Assembly: GCF_006345805.1 (NCBI RefSeq)
Contig: NC_043009.1
Location: 47,368,001 to 47,432,000 of the forward strand
DNA length: 64,000 nt
Direction: 5' to 3'
Source of the DNA: Octopus sinensis
Taxonomy: Eukaryota
The position numbers and the translations under genes are program-made. Under the pieces are notes generated by a model. It was not told where the DNA came from. It searched no databases and worked only from the letters and a program-made list of their open reading frames with translations. Below, in pieces: positions 1 to 12,368 of the stretch; positions within the stretch are counted from its first letter, which is position 1; every line of letters begins with the position of its first letter.

Positions 1-251
1 AGTGGGACTGAACCCAGAACCATGTGATTGTTAAGCAAGCTACTTACCACACAGCCACTCCTGCGCCTATCATTTATAATAATATATATATATATATATA
101 TATATAGTTAATCCAAACAAGAAAACAAAAAAACACAACAACGCAAGGATGTGGAACAAATAAAGTATTATTGGACACTCAGGAAAGAAGGGAAATTATA
201 AACATACATGCACACATATATATTATGCATGCACATAAATACATATGTATT

Positions 252-302
252 TAAGCCTTGTGAGTGGATTTGGTAGACGGAAACTGAAAGAAGCCCGTCG
301 TA

Positions 303-358
<56 letters not shown>

Positions 359-560
359 TGCGTGTGTGTGTTTGTGTGTCTGTGTCACCGATGCTGGTGT
401 GTTTATGTCCCCGTTACTTAGCTGTTCGGCAAAAGAGACCGATAGAATAAGTACTGGGCTTACAAAAGAATAAGTCCCGGGGTCGAGTTGCTCGATTAAA
501 GGTGGTGCTCCAGCATGGCCGCAGTCAAATGACTGAAACAAGTAAAAGAGTAAAAAGTAT
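252..560 (+). mobile_element. SINE family A, 5'-truncated (a minus-strand head fragment lies at 1-66)
   Basis: Central and tail modules present. Confidence 0.85.
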
Positions 561-1614
561 ATAAATAGACACAGACACACATGCTCAAAGGCATGTTCAA
601 ATTATTTGTTATTCAATACAGTGGTGAAATTATTACCTTGCTTACAAACAGACGAGGGTTGGCATTTACAAAGGGAATCGGACCATAGAAAATTTTGTCG
701 CAAAGAAGTACTATCTAACCCATGCAAGCATGTAAAAGTAAGATGTTAAAACGATGATGATGATATAAGATATGATATAGGTATACATAGTATGTATTGC
801 CATTTGCATAGAAGCTTAGGAAGTTCAGTTACAGGCAAATGGTTTCATGTGACACATTGATAATATGGACAGCGTGATAGTGATATGAAAGCGCATGGCT
901 TAGTGGTTAGAGTGTCGGGCTTACAATCATGAGGTTGTGAGTTTGATTCCTGGACCAGGATGTGTGTTGTGTTCTTGCACAACACACTTTATTTCCCATT
1001 GCACCAGTTCACTCAGCTGTAGAAAATGAGTTGCGATGTCACAGGTGCCAAGCTTAATTTGCCTTTCCCTTGGATAACATTGGTGACATGGAGAGGGCAG
1101 GCTGGTATGCATGGGTGACCGCTAGTCTTCCATGAACAATCTTGCCAGAACGTGTGTCTTGAGATAGTGATTTATCTCAATAAGATGATAAATGTACCTA
1201 GGGGCATAGCTAGGGTGGGGCAAACTGGGCACATGCCCTGGGCACCACTTTGAGGTTGATGCAATTTTGGCCAACATATTTTTCTAATTAAGCCATTAAA
1301 AAAGATTCTAAAACCTTTTCAGGCATGGTTTGTTTTGCTTATCACCATCCATGCCACTGAGCAGAATAAGTGTTCTCACTTGACTTCACGAAATGCATGC
1401 GCTGCTTTTTGGTTGGGATAGGGGAAGGGCCACAGTTTTGATGCTTGCCCTGGGCACCATTTACCCAAGCCGCATCCCTGATTGTACCCCATTACATTAC
1501 TGGCACAATGATGTACCATTGTAACACTGTGATATGCAGCAAGAACTTTGACATTATATGTGAATAAAAGAGACTGATATGCAATAACGTTGACATAATG
1601 ATATTTATACTTAC

Positions 1615-1760
1615 TTGAAGACTGGCAAAGCAATATTATCTAGAAAACTAATTTGTTGTTCTGGGATCTTTGCACGTTCTCTGTCCATCATTTCTATTGG
1701 TTTGTGACCCAGAGCTTTTTCAAGGTCACCCTGAGAGAAGAATTCCTGGTAAATCAGTCC
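1615..1760 (-). CDS. PDE2A: PDE2-like exon E13: [48 protein letters not shown](K)
   Basis: Acceptor cttttctag, donor gtaagt; 146 nt, phase 0 to 2. EFFSQGD motif and invariant purine-binding Gln. No following exon found in 1-1614, so the gene continues off-window. Confidence 0.97.
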
Positions 1761-1959
1761 CTAGAAAAGACAACATAATATTAACCCTTTAATATTCGGA
1801 TTGCTTTGTCAAATATAATATCTATCTATTTATATTGTTTTGAATTAATCATGCATTATCTTGTAGAGATTTCAATGATGTGATTGTTTAGTGTTAGAAT
1901 GACATTGTAGAGTTGAGGTGAGAGGCTGGATCTGGCCAGTTTTGACATAAAACAGGTCG

Positions 1960-2288
1960 AGCAAATTGACCCCAGGACTTATTCTTTGCAAGCCTAGTAC
2001 TAATTCTATCGGTCTCTTTTGCCAAACTGCTAAGTTACGGGGATGTAAACACACCAGCATCGGTTGTCAAGCGATGTTGGGGAGACAAACACAGACACAC
2101 ATATATATATATACATATATACGGCGGGATTTTTAGTTTTTAGTTTCCGTCTACCAAATCCACTCACAAGGCTTTGGTCGACCCGAGGCTATAGTAGAAG
2201 ACACTTGCCCAAAGTGCCATGCAGTGGGACTGAACCCGAACCATGTGGTTGATAAGCAAGCTACTTACCACACAGCCATTCCTGCACC
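1960..2288 (-). mobile_element. SINE family A copy
   Basis: Revcomp match to family A. Confidence 0.85.
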
Positions 2289-2632
2289 TATATATATATA
2301 TATATATACACACACACATATATAATGCACTCTCCTATCAGTTTCCACATATGAGGATCTGACAATCTACTCTTTCTTTGTCAGTCACAATGCTTATGTT
2401 GAATGTGACATTTGCAAAAGAAGCTGCCAAATGTTGTAGGTATGAGCATCATGGGTCAGTGCAGGTGGTATATTTTCAGCTGCTTTTCTCCTTTGTCTTG
2501 CACCCCTAAACCTGTTAACGCTGGTTAAAACAAAGTCTCTTATACCATTTTGAGACGACGATCTCCATTGTGTTTGCTCCAAGGATGTCTGCTCCAAGGA
2601 TGTCTGCTCAAAGGTATTGTGAGCTATTGTAA

Positions 2633-2862
2633 GGTGGCGAGGTGGCAGAAACGTTAGCAAGCCGGGCGAAATGCGTAGTCGTATTTCGTCTGTCGTTACG
2701 TTGTGAGCTCAAATTCCGCCGTGGTCGACTTTGCCTCTCCTCCTTTCGGGGTCGATAAATTAAGTACCAGTTACGCACTGGGGTCGATGCAATCGACTTA
2801 ATACCTATCTCTGTCCTTGTTTGTTCTCTCTATGCTTAGCCCCTTGTGGGTAATAAAGAAAT
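2633..2862 (+). mobile_element. tRNA-derived SINE family B
   Basis: A box tggcagaaacg, B-box-like gagctcaaattcc, gtcgactttgcct..cctttcggggtcgataaattaagtaccag domain; 16-bp TSD aggtattgtgagctat (2612-2627 / 2863-2878). Confidence 0.9.
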
Positions 2863-3161
2863 AGGTATTGTGAGCTATATTGACTGCTGAGAGGTTACTC
2901 TTCAACTTGACCTTGTATCTAAGCTATGGTTGACCAATATCCCTGTGCCCACTATGAAGCTGGCTGTGCATGAGAACTTTAGGTTTTCTTTCATCACTCA
3001 TTCTGACAGCATGGCCAGCCCAGCACAATATGTGTGTGTGTGTGTAATGTAATTTTCCAAAATTTGTATGTGTATATACCAAATCACTATGAACTTTTAT
3101 CTGCTGGATGTTCTTGGTTTCTGGCTATATTTATATAATTTTGTTCTTTCTCTTGTATAAA

Positions 3162-3420
3162 TCTATTATATAAAATCCGTTCTGTCTGTCTGTGTGTGTG
3201 TCTTCTAGGATCTTGGGCATCCTCCATCCGATTGTGTTCAAATTTGATATGTAGATATCGACGGTGTCAGGGCATATATAAGCCTTGATAAAATTACAAA
3301 ATTCGATTTCAGGTGAGAATGCAATTGATAAAGCCGTGGGAACGTGCATTTGTAAAATCGTTTTTCTTGGAATAGAAAAAAAGACTATCTTTATTTCTTC
3401 TTTTGCTGGTGTCTCAAATT
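3162..3420 (+). mobile_element. Helitron-like 5' fragment
   Basis: A|TCTATTATATAAAATCCGTT(CTGT)n start; 3' end not identified. Confidence 0.5.
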
Positions 3421-3766
3421 TAGGTTAAATCAGTGTTTCTCAAAGGGGAGGCCTATGGGGTGGTCGGACAAGTTGTTTTGAGAAAATTTGGCTTAAATGT
3501 TTGACAACTCAGCACTGTCCAATGGACGGGGGAGCGTTTTGCTCGTATGGTATAAATGACTTGATGCCTTGCAACAGCCTCTTCATATCCTATTCCATTA
3601 TACCTACATACTAGCTCGACTACTACATTGCCTATAGCTAATTATCACTTCTGTAGATCCTGTATCCTGGCAGTTAATATTTGAGTTTAGACACTTGGTT
3701 TGATCTGAGCACCTATTGTATGTGCCTATTTTATTATATGTCTTTTGACATTTTCCTATCCATTAC

Positions 3767-3862
<96 letters not shown>

Positions 3863-3864
<2 letters not shown>

Positions 3865-6800
3865 CATCATCATCATCATCATCATTTAACGTCCGCTTTC
3901 CATGCTAGCATGGGTTGGACGGTTCAACTGGGGTCTGGGGAGCCCGAAGGCTGCACCAGGCCAGTCAGATCTGGCAGTGTTTCTACAGCTGGATGCCCTT
4001 CCTAACGCCAACCACTCCGAGAGTGTAGTGGGTGATTTTATGTGCCACCGACACAGGTGCCAGACGAGGCTGGCGAACGGCCACGCTCGGATGGTATTTT
4101 TATGTGCCACCGACACAGGTGCCAGACGAGGCTGGCGAACGGCCACGCTCGGATGGTGTTTTTATGTGCCACCGACACAGTGCCAGACGAGGCTGACGAA
4201 CGGCCACGATCGGATGGTGTTTCTTACGTGCCCACAGCACGGAGGCCAGTCGATGCGGTACTGGCTACGGCCACGTTCGGATGGTTTTCTTGTGTGCCAC
4301 CGACACTGGTACCACAAAGATACAAATTCCATTGATGTTCATCTATTTTGATTTGATTTGATTTGATTTGATTTTCACTTGCCTCAACAGGTCTTCACAA
4401 GTGTCACAAGAAGGAAGGAAGGTATGCACAGGTGAACTGACAACGTCCCAGGTAGGGGCCACGGGTTATGGCCTGACTAGTCTTGTCGGGTCTTCGGATG
4501 ATGTTTTTATGTGTCTCCGACACAGGTGCCAGATGGATGGTGTTTGTTACGTGCCCACAGCACGGAGGCCAGTCGATGCAGTACTGGCTACGGCCACGTT
4601 CGGATGGCTTTCTTGTGTGCCACTGGCACTGGTACCACAAAGATACAAATTCCATTGATGTTCATCTATTTTGATTTGATTTGATTTAATTTGATCACTT
4701 GTCTCAACAGGTCTTCACAAGTGTCACAAGAAGGAAGGTATGCACAGGTGGACTGACTACGTCCCAAGTAGAGGCCACGGGTTATGGCCTGACTAGTCTT
4801 GCCGGGTCTTCGGATGGTGCTTTTATGTGCCACCGACACAGGTGCCAGATGAGGCTGGCGAACGGCCACGATCGGATGGTGTTTGTTATGAGCCCACAGC
4901 ACAGAGGCCAGTCGATGCGGTACTGGCTACGGCCATGTTCGGATGGTTATCTTGTGTGCCACCGGCCCTGGTACCACAAAGATACAAATTCCATTGATGT
5001 TCATCTATTTTGATTTGTTTTGATTTGATCACTTGCCTCAACAGGTCTTCACAAGTGTCACAAGAAGGAAGGTATGCACAGGCGGACTGACTACGTCCCA
5101 GGTAGGGGCCACGGGTTATGGCCTGACTAGTCTTGCCGGGTCTTCAGATGGTGTTTTTATGTGCCACCGACACAGGTGCCTGATGAGGCTGGCGAACGGA
5201 CATGATCGGATGGTGTTTGTTACGTGCCCACAGCACGGAGGCCAGTCGATGCGGTACTGGCTACGGCCACGTTTGGATTGTTTTCTTGTGTGCCACCGGC
5301 ACTGGTACCATAAAGATACAAATTCCATTGATATTCATCTATTTTATTTTGATTTTCACTTTCACTTGCCTCAACAGGTCTTCACAAGTGTCACAAGAAG
5401 GAAGGTATGCACAGGTGGACTGACTACGTCCCAGGTAGGGGCCACGGGTTATGGCCTGACTACTCTTGCCGGGTCTTCTCACGCACAGCATACTTCCATA
5501 GGTCTCGGTCCCTAGTCATTTCCTTGGTGAGACCTAAAGTTCGAAGGTCGTGCTTCACCACCTCGTCCCAGGTTTTCCTGGGTCTACCTCTTCCACAGGT
5601 TCCCTCAACTGCTAGGGTGTAGCACTTTTGCACACAACTATCTACAGCCATTCTCGTCACATGATATGATCACTTGCCTCAACAGGTCTTCACAAGTGTC
5701 ACAAGAAGGAAGGTATGCACAGGTGGACTGACTACGTCCCAGGTTGGGGCCACGGATTATGGCCTGACTAGTCTTGCCGGGTCTTCGGATGGTGTTTTTA
5801 TGTGCCGGATGAGGCTGGCGAACGGCCACGATCGGATGGTGTTTGTTACGTGCCCACAGCACGGAGGCCAGTCGATGCAGTACTGGCTACGGCCACGTTC
5901 GGATGGTTTTCTTGTGTGCCACCGGCACTGGTACCACAAAGATACAAATTCCATTGATATTCATCTATTTCGATTTGTTTTGATTTTTTTGATTTTTTTT
6001 TTTTTTTTTTTTGATTTTCACTTGCCTCAACAGGTCTTCACAAGTGTCACAAGAAGGGAGGTATGCACAGGTGAACTGACTACGTCCCAGGTAGGGGCCA
6101 TGGGTTATGGCCTGACTAGTCTTGCCGGGTCTTCGGATGGTGTCTTTATGTGCCACCGACACAGGTGCCAGATGAGGCTGGCGAACGGCCACGATCGGAT
6201 GGTGTTTGCTATGTGCCCACAGCACGGAGGCCAGTCGATGCGGTACTGGCTACGGCCACGTTCGGATGGTTTTCTTGTGTGCCACCGTCACTGGTAACAA
6301 AGATACAAATTCCATTGATGATCATCTATTTTATTTTGATTTTCACTTTCACTTGCCTCAACAGGTCTTCACAAGTGTCACAAGAAGGAAGGTATGCACA
6401 GGTGGACTGACTACGTCCCAGGTAGGGGCCACGGGTTATGGCCTGACTACTCTTGCCGGGTCTTCTCACGCACAGCATACTTCCATAGGTCTCGGTCTCT
6501 AGTCATTTCCTTGGTGAGACCTAAAGTTCGAAGGTCGTGCTTCACCACCTCGTCCCAGGTTTTCCTGGGTCTGCCTCTTCCACAGGTTCCCTCAACTGCT
6601 AGGGTGTAGCACTTTTGCACACAACTATCTACAGCCATTCTCGTCACATGACCATACCAGCGCAGCCGTCTCTCTTGCACACCACAATTGACGCTTCTTA
6701 GGTTCAACTTTTCTCTCAAGGTACTTACACTCTGACGATTATGAACACTGACATTACACATCCATCGGAGCATACTGGCTTCATTTCTTGCAAGCTTACG

Positions 6801-7547
6801 CATATCCTCAGCAGTCACGGCCCATGTTTCACTACCATGTAGCATGGCTGTACGTACACATGCTTCATACAGTCTGCCTTTTACTCTGAGCGAGAGGCCT
6901 TTTGTCACCAGCAGGGGTAAGAGCTCTCTAAACTTTGCCCAAGCTATTCTTACTCTAGCAGTTACACTTTCAGCACACCCACCCCCGCTACTGACTTGGT
7001 CTCCTAGGTAGCGGAAGCTATCAACTACTTCTAGTTTGTCTCCCTGGAACGTGGTAGAAGTTGGTCTCTGCACATTTCCAGTGTTTATTGCTCCTGAGCA
7101 TCTGCCACAGACAAAAACTATTTTCCTAGTTAGCCTTCCTTTGACATTGCTGCACCTCTTATGTGTCCATAGCTTACACTTGGTGCACCTTATAGAGTTT
7201 CTACCTACACCTTTTTTACAGATCGAGCAGGGCCATCTACCTGAAGTCGTTTGTGATTGGTCCACCTTCCTACTTATTAGGACTTTGGTTTTGGCTAGGT
7301 TGATTCTAAGGCCCTTCGATTCTAATCCTTGTTTCCACACCTGAAACTTCTCCTCCAGTTCTGATAGTGACTCAGCAATTAGAGCAAGGTCGTCAGCATA
7401 GAGGAGCTCCCAGGGGCATCCTGTCTTGAATTCCTCCGTTATTGCCTGGAGGACTATGATAAATAGGAGGGGACTGAGGACTGAACCTTGGTGGACCCCA
7501 ACCTCTACCCGGAATTCTTCACTGTACTCGTTGCCAACCCTCACCAT
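3863..7547 (-). mobile_element. Young 5'-truncated RTE-clade LINE: RT C-terminal half, rearranged tandemly amplified 3'UTR and (ATG)n tail
   Basis: Uninterrupted ORF 6447-7547 with GVHQGSVLSP, YADD, FRYLG, ETW and GRGRPRKTW motifs. A second ORF-end copy lies at ~5460-5664; 3'UTR units repeat; (CAT)n tail at 3863-3884. Flanked on both sides by (TA)n. Confidence 0.93.
6447..7547 (-). pseudogene. RTE LINE ORF2 fragment (reverse transcriptase with embedded PHD-type finger)
   Basis: ORF track 6447..7667; residues upstream of MVRVGNEYS are just translated (TA)n. Confidence 0.9.
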
Positions 7548-7609
<62 letters not shown>

Positions 7610-7616
7610 TATATAC

Positions 7617-7657
<41 letters not shown>

Positions 7658-8452
7658 TGGTGTACAATGTTTTTCTCCAGGCACAACTCTATATTTCAAA
7701 AATTGCATGTTTTCCTTTGCTCTGTTTGGCTGCAATATTTTATGGTAGTACCTAATGGTATGAGACATGTTTTATTTGTGTTTGTTGAATACTGTTTATC
7801 ATTGAACAGCCTGTAAAAAATTATAGCTGTTCAAACATAATATCGATGAAATATAGAGCTTTGCTTCCCAAAGGACAAATGCAAAGAGAAAAATATAAAA
7901 AGCTTTTGTGTGGATTTTTTTTCCAAAATTCAAGAGACATTCCATAATCTAAAATTGATTGGTTTCCCTCTTTTTTATCTTTTTTTTTTAATTGTAAAAT
8001 AAAGGTATTGTGAAATGGATATCATGAAAATGAGTTGATGAAAATGATAGACAGAGAAAATATAAGACTAAAATTTCTGAACTGAACTGATGTTAAAATA
8101 ATGAGCAAGAATAGTGAAATAAAAATAGAAAAAAGATGGTAGTGGTGGTGGTGGAGATGATGGATTGACAGTATTTGTCCTGATTCTTTATGTTCCAATT
8201 TCAAATCTAAGGTCAATTTTGTCTTTTGTTTATTTAGGATTGATGAATAAAGTACCAGCCTAGTACTGGGATTGATGTAATTGACAAACTCCCTCCCCTC
8301 AAAACTGTTGACCTGATTATAATCAGGAAGGTGTTGTAATTATGATAAAAGAAAATAACTTGAACCCCCCACCCCACCCCCAAACACCCTAAAAACAGCA
8401 GAAACAAAGCAAGATGGTAATGTTATTATTCTGAATGATGTTGTGTACTTAC

Positions 8453-8565
8453 AGCGATATGTTTAGTCACTCCCCAACACTTGGTTTGATCAGATAAGTC
8501 ACAGGATGTCATGAGTAGACAGAGTAACATTTTGTGATGCTTACGACTATTTTTATCGTACCCTT
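8453..8565 (-). CDS. PDE2A: PDE2-like exon E12: [37 protein letters not shown]
   Basis: Acceptor tattgtag, donor gtaagt; 113 nt, phase 1 to 0. Metal-binding Asp in SCDLSD. Confidence 0.97.
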
Positions 8566-8762
8566 CTACAATAGAAAGAAAGACACAGAGATGTAAAAGT
8601 TAGTCATTGAGGACATGGATGAACAAGAAATACAGTAAAATTTTAGAAGCTATCCAGAACAGAAATATTACGGGGCACTAAACATGCAGCTCGGCATTTT
8701 TAGCAGTCTAGTAGTGTATGAAATTTGTGAGCTGCCTACAAGTGTTCAGTTTTACAAGCATA

Positions 8763-9157
8763 TCTTTATATATAAAAGTAAGGTTGTGTGTCTGTCTCCT
8801 ACGATTTAGATTCCTAACTACTCCCACATTTTGCGGTGCAGTTTAACCAAAACCGGGTATCTTATAGTCGTGATTCATATCGAGCCCTTCTGGGTATTAG
8901 CGCATCTACGATGAGTCTACGATTTTAAAAATAATTTACCATCATTTTTTCCATTTTAACGCATTTTTTCGCTATTATATAAGGGAAGTAACTCTCTAAA
9001 AATGTCTACGATGAGTCAACGATTTAAAAAAAAATTTACCATCATTTTTTTTCCATTTTTAATGCATTTTTTTGCTATTTTTTAGCTATAACTCTATAAA
9101 AATGCTTATATAGTTATTTCCCTTACAAACCCAAGCAACGCCGGGCGATACTGCTAG
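8763..9157 (+). mobile_element. Non-autonomous Helitron-like element
   Basis: A|TC start (tctttatatataaaag), gtgtgtctgtc microsatellite, subterminal ccc..ggg hairpin, CTAG|T end, no TSD, internal ~100-bp duplication. Confidence 0.8.
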
Positions 9158-10099
9158 TTTTTTTTATAAACTTCAAACAAAATCTCCATTTCACATAACA
9201 AGGATATTTTTTTTTAAACAAAGTACACACAAAAAACATACATAGATATGCACAAGCTGTTAGATGCATTACTAAACTTATTCTTCACCATTATGCTTTT
9301 AACCCTTTTGATATCAGCCCATTGGTACTATGATACAAACTTCCTGTATTAGAGTGATATAAATTAAAAGCTCATGTTACAGCATGTTTCAAATGCCAGC
9401 TTAATAATGGTTTCAAATTTTAGCATGAGGTCGGCAATTTTGGTGGAGGTGGTAAGTTGATTACGTCAACCACAGCAAGGCCGGATTAAGACCCATTGAG
9501 GCCTTAAGCACTTAAGAGATTTTGGTGTCCCAGTAAAAAATTATGTAATTCAATGTAAACAATAACAAACTATAAAATAAATTTTTATTTTTCAAAATGA
9601 AACAAAACAGTAAGAGGGAAAATAAAGTTTAATTTTGTATACTTCCAATTTATTTATATTTAAAAAGTTTCCTCCTACTTTTTTGAATTGCAGAATCTTT
9701 GATCAGATCTTCAAAAATTAATCTTAGGTAACACATCTCCATCTATACTTAGTAGAAATAAAGGCATCCTGAATATTATTTTAGCAAGTTTAAAGTGATT
9801 TCTTTTCGTGCCATAAACCATTTACCATTTCTGTGGTGCTTATTTTGCTTAATGGTTAATGCAGAATGTGAAGTTGAATGAAATGCTGCTAAACATTTCA
9901 CCCAGTGTGCTAATGATTCTGCCAGCTTGCCGCCTTAAAGGCCAGCTAAATAATGACAAAATGTTTGTCTTAATTCTTCATCAATTGAAACAAAGGCAGA
10001 ATGTTTCAATGGAAATATGGTAACAAAAAGTTAAGCAATGTTGATCCTAAGCAATGTCAACATCCCTAAAATTAGATAGCAATATGATGTGACGTGACG

Positions 10100-10405
10100 T
10101 GATGTGACTGACCAGGCTATCAGATGTTGCTACACATTGCTGGTCACAATGCGCTTCGCATTGTTTTAGCCTTCAAATGATGCCACCCTGCTGGCTAAGC
10201 GAGCAGGCCAACAGAAGAAAGAGTGAGAGAAAGTTGCGGTGAAAGAGTACAGCAGAGATCGCCCCCAACCCCCGCGCTGCCAGAGCCTCGTGGACCTTTA
10301 GGTGTTTTCGCTCAATAAACACTCACAACGCCCAGTCTGGGAATCAAAACTGTGATCCTACGACTACGAGTCTGCTGCCCTAACCACTGGGCCATTGTGC
10401 CTCCA
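10100..10405 (-). mobile_element. SINE family D head with a different tail ending in (tcacg)n
   Basis: Head and central part match 26800-26988; tail unrelated. Confidence 0.8.
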
Positions 10406-11235
10406 TAGATAGCAATATAAAAAATATTAAACAAGTAGATGAAACCAACTCGTAGATATATGATCGAGTATTAAGAGGGTCACTTCCTGTTTAATTTAAC
10501 TGTTATTTTGTCACTGAGTGTACTTTACTAAATAAATATGTTATTTATTTTATGCTCCATCCTTCTTGTTATTTCTGGATGATGTATTTCGTTTCAATCA
10601 GTCATTGGACTTGGCTCAGCTGGGACTACAGCTTTTATTTTAATTTATTTCTTTTTAAGCTTTTCATCAGTTGTATTCAATACAAAAATATATACATTTT
10701 ATGTAAAGGATTTGTTATTTTAGTTTTACATTCTTTTGCAATGTAAAATATTCAATAAAGAAAATCTTTTCTATTTATCTATGTATCTAGGTTACTGTTC
10801 TGTTACAAATTACAAAAACGAGTAATTTTTGAAGACTTGACATACATACACATACAAAACACACACAATAAAAAGGTGTGCATACTTGAGTAGAAAATCA
10901 ATATACAAGCATGGATACACCTCCACATCAATATATATATACACACACACACACACAATCATATACACAGACAGACAGACACACACACAAACACACAGAT
11001 GGACAAAGAAAGACACGTGCTTAAGTGTGCAAGTCATTGAAAAGGATTCCCCAACACACACAGATACACATTTACAAGAACAATCAGTCAAATATACACA
11101 GGCTGACAGCTGAACTCAAAATGCCAGCTCTTTAATCAGGGAAATATGGTGCAAGCTCATGTCTTAAACTAGTTTTCAAAAGCAGAGTAAAACCCGCCAC
11201 CGATGGAAGTAGTGATAACAACTAGTGTACTATAC

Positions 11236-11335
11236 CTGTGACCATCTTTTCAAGATCTTTCAGAATCCGAAGGTGATGAGCCAAATCTGTGGCAAGGATA
11301 ATGTCCCTCATCAAGTCTAACACTCTGGTGTATTG
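11236..11335 (-). CDS. PDE2A: PDE2-like exon E11: [33 protein letters not shown](E)
   Basis: Acceptor ttggccag, donor gtatag; 100 nt, phase 0 to 1. ILATDL motif. Confidence 0.97.
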
Positions 11336-11904
11336 CTGGCCAAATGAGAAAAACAACATATTAGAGGATCAGAAGAAATAATTATCACTATAACAAAGGC
11401 AGTGGTCGCCAGCATGGTCTTCATCATGATGGATGCAAATAAATTAAAGAACTTTAGTACAAAAGGGTCACTTTAATGACAAAAAAATGAAGCAGCTACA
11501 CAAACGATGGTTGCCTATTTCCCTTATTAATTAAACTAGGCCATAATTTAAAGTTGAGTGAGATACTCTATTGAAGTGTAGCTTACCATCAGAATTGAGT
11601 ATGATCATCTGCTCAATTCTCTGATGGTCTTAAAAACCAAGCATGATTCTACTTCAGTTTGATTTATATTCTGTTTCAGCAGGCATGGCTATGTGGTTAT
11701 AAAAGCTCACTTTGCAACCACATGTTTTCAGGTTCAGTCCCACTGAGTGGCACTTTGGGCAAATGTTTTCTACTATAGCCCCAGGGTAACCAAAGTTTTG
11801 TGAGTCAACTTGGTACACAGAAACTGTGTGGAAAGTCATTGTATCCTTAAATCCTTAAAAATGTTTTAGCCCGAAGGCCGCAGCCATGCTGGGGCACCAC
11901 CGCT

Positions 11905-11939
<35 letters not shown>

Positions 11940-11941
<2 letters not shown>

Positions 11942-12179
11942 CTTTTTTCTTTTATTTGTTTCAGTCATTTGACTTCAACCATGCTGGAGCACCATCTTTA
12001 GTCAAACAAATCGACAGGACTTATTCTTTGTAAGCCTAGTATTTATTCTATTGGTTCTTTTACTGAACCGCTAAGTTATGGGTTCGTATATACACCAACA
12101 TCGGTTGTCAAGTGATGGTGGTGGTGGTGAGACAAACACAGACACACAAACACATACATACATACATACATATATATAT

Positions 12180-12234
<55 letters not shown>

Positions 12235-12368
12235 GCTTCTTTCAATTTCTGCCACTCACAAGGCTTGGTTGGTCTGAGGCTATAGTAGAAGATACTTGCC
12301 CAAGGTGCTGTGCAGTGAGACTGAACACAGAACTATGTGGTTGGGAAGTAAGCTACTTACCACACAGC
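11940..12368 (-). mobile_element. SINE family A copy
   Basis: Revcomp match with expanded microsatellite. Confidence 0.8.

Noticed and set aside
1376-1633. Sequence after E13 as a possible terminal PDE2 exon
   Set aside because: No similarity to the expected PDE2 C-terminal helix region; part of it is a MITE. The last exon(s) are presumed beyond position 1.
4020-4330. Regular 58-bp repeats and overlapping ORFs resembling a CRISPR array or repeat protein
   Set aside because: No unique spacers, eukaryotic context, and the repeats recur in dispersed RTE 3'UTR copies (31690-31800, 37260-37420).
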